From positions 48,746 through 75,578 of the forward strand of contig JAAOMT010000392.1 of the NCBI GenBank assembly GCA_016748015.1: 26,833 bases of DNA, given 5' to 3'. The translations under genes were made by a program, and so were the position numbers. Numbering within the stretch: the stretch's first letter is position 1; every line of letters starts with the position of its first letter. The notes under the pieces are model-generated. The model ran no database searches. It saw only the letters and a list, made by a program, of their open reading frames with translations, and was not told the origin of the DNA. Source of the DNA: Geosiphon pyriformis uo1. Taxonomy: Eukaryota > Fungi > Glomeromycota. Positions 22,643 through 26,833 of the stretch are shown here, piece by piece.

Positions 22643-22824
22643 CTGGTTATCTTTTGAAAAGTATAGCGACTGAGATATTTTATGAAACTAATCTTGTACA
22701 TTGAATCCATACTCATTTAATTCACTCTTTAAAGTTGAATTCTCTTTGATTTTTTCATTACCTTACAATCTTGTTCTTTCTTGCTATTTATTAGCTTATT
22801 AGCTTGTTACTACAACCTATAATA
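22643..22824 (+). repeat. Family 2 (B-type) LTR, right part
   Basis: Aligns to 5075-5249 (CTGGTTAT...CCTATAATA versus TCTGTAACA). Confidence 0.9.
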
Positions 22825-23897
22825 ATAGTATAGTAAACTCTATTATTTGTTTTGATCAATCAATTAATAATTTAAGTTTTTTTACCAGTTTTTTTTAACA
22901 AATATTTAAATTATAAGCTATTGTTTTTATAGACAAGATAAACAAAAGTGTCCTAAAATAATTTCTAGACATTTATGTATCATAATTACTTACAGTTTTA
23001 ATCACTTTTATTGAATTTTTTTTAATAAAAAATAACTACTTAATAGCCAATTAATTGGTCTAACCTAATTCAACAAACTTTACTATAGTCTTTTATTATA
23101 ATCCAATTAATTGTAATTAGATTGACATTATCTAACTAAACTTAGAAAGAGCTGTGACAATCATTTTTTTTAGTGAGTTTATAAAAATTTTTATTATTAT
23201 TACAACTTAATCTGATCTAATTTCTTGTTTTTTAAGATTACTATTTACTTTAACTTTTTTTTTTAACCAATAATGCAGTTTTAATCATGTTTTTTTCTAA
23301 GATAAACATAGATTTGATAATCTTTTCAAATTTTGAGAAGGTAATGGCCTCTCCAAAACTATTGATTAATAAAAACATTTTTTTGACTGCCTAAGTTTTT
23401 GCTGTTATTAATTTTTTTTTATTGCTAAGAGATTAATATTTAGAGCAAATAATTTTTTGATAGCTATTTCTATTTAAGTTTTAATAATCTTTAGATCAAC
23501 CTATTTTTTGTCCAAAAAAATATTAAAAGGAAATAAAAAAAGTCTAATTTTTTCTTTTATATTAAAGTTAAGAAAACCAAAAAAGAAGTTATAAACTATT
23601 TTAGTATTAAATTTTTTGGCTTTAAATGTAGTAGTAACTAAATCTAAGAGAGATTCATTATTAATATTATTCATAATAATACTATTTTTACCACTACTAA
23701 ATTTACTATCAACATCTGAATACATGTTATCAGAATCAAACTTGATTAATAATATGTTTTTTTGTTACCAGAAGGCTTAATATTATTAAAAACAATCTTT
23801 TTTTTAAGAAAAAGAGTTTTTTTAAGCATTTTTTTTATAAATATACTACTACTTGAAACAGTATTACTCAAATAAAAAAACCAATTCAAAAGATATT
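22825..23897 (-). mobile_element. Decayed ORF1 (RRM-like gag) of a probable non-LTR retrotransposon, cut at the B LTR end
   Basis: Minus strand reads KKLFALNINLLAI...INSFGEAITFSKFEKIIKSMF...VVIIK...MIVTALSKF...LQLIGL...FRTLLFIL, an RRM-like pattern. The LINE ORF1 assignment rests on recalled similarity. No RT is visible. Confidence 0.55.
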
Positions 23898-24330
23898 NNN
23901 NNNNNNNNNNNNNNNNNNNNNNNNNNNNNNNNNNNNNNNNNNNNNNNNNNNNNNNNNNNNNNNNNNNNNNNNNNNNNNNNNNNNNNNNNNNNNNNNNNNN
24001 NNNNNNNNNNNNNNNNNNNNNNNNNNNNNNNNNNNNNNNNNNNNNNNNNNNNNNNNNNNNNNNNNNNNNNNNNNNNNNNNNNNNNNNNNNNNNNNNNNNN
24101 NNNNNNNNNNNNNNNNNNNNNNNNNNNNNNNNNNNNNNNNNNNNNNNNNNNNNNNNNNNNNNNNNNNNNNNNNNNNNNNNNNNNNNNNNNNNNNNNNNNN
24201 NNNNNNNNNNNNNNNNNNNNNNNNNNNNNNNNNNNNNNNNNNNNNNNNNNNNNNNNNNNNNNNNNNNNNNNNNNNNNNNNNNNNNNNNNNNNNNNNNNNN
24301 NNNNNNNNNNNNNNNNNNNNNNNNNNNNNN
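23898..24330. other. Assembly gap (433 N)
   Basis: N run. Confidence 0.99.
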
Positions 24331-24388
24331 NAATTTACAGATTCTGTGTTTAAAACTAAATTAATTATTTTTTTATCTTTGTTCTTAG

Positions 24389-25232
24389 TGTTATTTATAG
24401 AATATAAGTACAAAAAAAAATAGAAAAAACAGATAGTAAAAATAGACCAATAAAAGAATAGTACTTAGTGAGTAAATACATTGTTAAAAAATTATGGCAT
24501 ATTGCTTAGCAATAATCACATTGTTAAAGAATTATAGCATATTGCTTAGCAATAAGCACATTATCAAAAAATCATGACATATTATTTAAAAATAAAAAAA
24601 GCAAATTTGAGAATTAGCAAAGTTCAAAATAGTAATTAAAAATTAATAACTATTTAATATCTCTTTCTTCAAAAAATAGTTTTCTATAACTTAAAATAGA
24701 ATTATACTTATATTAATAAAATATTCATTATTATTCAATTTATATTTGTATTATTTGATTAAAAAATATTAATTAATTTCATACTATTAATTTTTTATGT
24801 TGATAAAATTTGATTTTTAACTATACTGGACCAATAATTCTTGATTATAACTTTTGATAAAATACTAAATTTTTATTTTTTTTTCTCATTTTTTTTATTT
24901 TTTTTATTTTTTTTGTTGTTTACTAATTAATAAAAAAGATTAAGTAATAAGTATTTGATATTAAGAATAATTTAATAAAAAACTTGAAAACAAGAGTAGA
25001 AAACTTAAGAATAATTTACTAAAAAAGCATAATTATTAAAATAAACCAGTTATTATACCAAAAAAATATTTATAGAAGACAACTATTAAATAAATTTCTG
25101 TTCATTATACAAAAAACTTAACTAAAACCTTCAAACTTCAAAACTTTCAAAAATTACTAATATCAATTACTATTAAGCATTAAATTACAAATTTGTTATT
25201 TGTTTTAACACTTCAAATAATTATTTGTAACA
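24389..25232 (+). repeat. 5' LTR of element D (844 bp)
   Basis: TGTTATTTAT...ATTTGTAACA, with 40-bp U3 repeats containing ATTGCTTAGCAAT. Confidence 0.85.
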
Positions 25233-26833
25233 TTTAAAGTTTTCTATAAAGTATAATCTAATAGAACTAACACTAATATTTATTATTTAAAAAAGTACCA
25301 GAACCAGAAATAATAGAAACAAGCTATTTAAGATTTGCAAAATTCTTATTCTAATATTACCAAACTTATCTAGAACTAATAAATAATCATTGATTAACAG
25401 AATTAGCTTTTAACTTTTATATTAATAAAAAATTACATCCTACTTAGAAAACCAAGTAGATTTAAAAGCTGCTTTAAAAAATTTCTATAGTAAATTACTC
25501 CAAAACATCACACTTTTACAAAATTATTTGTTCATTCACTAATTACAAAGATAAATTAAAAAATTGAGAATTACACTCAACAGAGATTTTTTATTATTTT
25601 TGCAAACAAAAATAAAAGAGAAGTTATAAATTCTAGCAAAAACTTTAAAGAAACCAAGAGTTGTTTTACTTATTAATCTATCATACTATTATACACCAGA
25701 AAATACTATTTACATACTATTCAAATTTGTATTACTGTTAACAATAAAAACACTGTTATTTAGAATATCATTTCAAAATAATCAAGAAAAAACCAAATTA
25801 TTAAAAACCTATAGCAATTTTTTTAAAAAATTTAAATCACGATTAACAATACTATTAAGCCTTTAATTACCACCTTTTTAACCAAATTTTGAATCTACCA
25901 GTCATTGAAAAAACACCAATTCAGAAAAAAAAAGACAATAATTAAAAAATTAATAGTTAAAACCCAGATTCAAATAACTTAGAAGTCTAAACTCTAATTA
26001 TTCAGACTTAACAAAATCTGAACAATTCAAATCCAGTTTTTATTCTTTCAGAAAACTTATCTTCAGTTATTCCAATTAATTAATTACTAATAACACCAAT
26101 TGTCACTCATTAATAACAATAACAATTTACACAAATAATATACATACCAATTACCAAACTTGAAAAATTTACTGAATATTAAAGCATAATTAAACAATAT
26201 AGCAAAAGCTATTACAGTCAATAGATGAAACAATGCCAGAGCTTTTTAAGTCATTTTCTACTTCTTACAAGACAAAGTTAACTTGTAATATCAGAATTTT
26301 GTAAACAAACCTTAAGATTTTAACACATTTAAAACCACATTTTTATAGTATTTTAGTGATAATAATAGCATCAATTGCCTATTGACTAGTTTTACCACTA
26401 TTAAATAAGATAATACTAAAGCAGTTACTACTTACTTAGAACATTTTTACAAAAATATGTGCCAAATTCAAGCAATTAACACTAATTACTTTACAGTATC
26501 ACAAATTCTAAATCAATTTATTCATAGATTACACAATAGTTTGTTATAATAAGTATGTTCAATATACTCAAATACTCTTTAAAATGCAGTTATTTATGCC
26601 AAAAATTTTGAATTGGCTGAACTTGAAACCAATTACATCCAAGCTGTAAATCTAGTTATAAACAAATTATCTGAATTGAATTCTAAGCTAAAACAATTTA
26701 ATAACTCTATTAATTAAAATATTAAAAAATACTTAATTAATAATTAAGCAATTTATTAGTCTCTATAATGTCATAAAAATCAAGAAAACTCTAATTGTTT
26801 TTAGAATTAGTTACATATAACACTATTATTATT
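24389..26833 (+). mobile_element. Element D: heavily decayed family 1-related copy; 5' LTR, PBS remnant and gag, running off the window
   Basis: LTR homologous to the C LTR. PBS remnant TAAAGTTTTCTATAAA at 25235-25250. gag colinear with C 12942-14600 (PITKLEKFT, QILNQFIH, ELETNYIQAVNLV). Confidence 0.88.

Larger units (their letters stand above)
4507..22824 (+). mobile_element. Element B: Ty3/Gypsy retrotransposon, family 2 (no dUTPase); own sequence is 4507-12060 plus 22643-22824, with the 3' LTR interrupted by element C
   Basis: Direct-repeat LTRs, PBS at 5256-5272, PPT at 11562-11572, gag, -1 frameshifted pol (PR-RT-RH-IN) and ORF3. ATAG is present at both 4503-4506 and 22825-22828. Confidence 0.9.

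Noticed and set aside
23853-24413. ORFs of 166 and 175 aa in the track
   Set aside because: Artifacts of translating the N gap.
1-26833. Alternative genetic code (stop reassignment) explaining the in-frame stops
   Set aside because: All three stops occur, their positions differ between copies A and C, and catalytic residues are also mutated. This fits decay.

Overview
This is an AT-rich, strongly CpG-depleted eukaryotic repeat block with no intact host gene. The decayed proteins resemble, from memory and unverified, repeats of Glomeromycotina fungi such as Geosiphon. The window is a nested stack of decayed Ty3/Gypsy (Metaviridae) LTR retrotransposons. A (1-4506) is the pol of a dUTPase-carrying family 1 copy. 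B (4507-22824) is a family 2 element with a -1 gag/pol frameshift and an extra 3' ORF, and its 3' LTR is split by C. C (12061-22642) is a near-complete family 1 copy with order gag-PR-Cys-rich insert-dUTPase-dUTPase-like-RT-(RH)-IN plus an extra 3' ORF. E (20329-21210) is an inverted solo LTR with a 4-bp TSD that interrupts that ORF. A minus-strand non-LTR ORF1-like remnant (22825-23897) and D (24389-end), another family 1 5' LTR plus gag, follow. All reading frames are broken by C>T/G>A transitions. The most notable feature is a retrovirus-like, chromodomain-less architecture: dUTPase with zinc-finger-like and dUTPase-like modules inside pol, an approximately 210-aa ORF3 in the env position in two families, 4-bp TSDs, a shared non-initiator-Met PBS, and a RIP-like mutation pattern. 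All alignments were done by eye.
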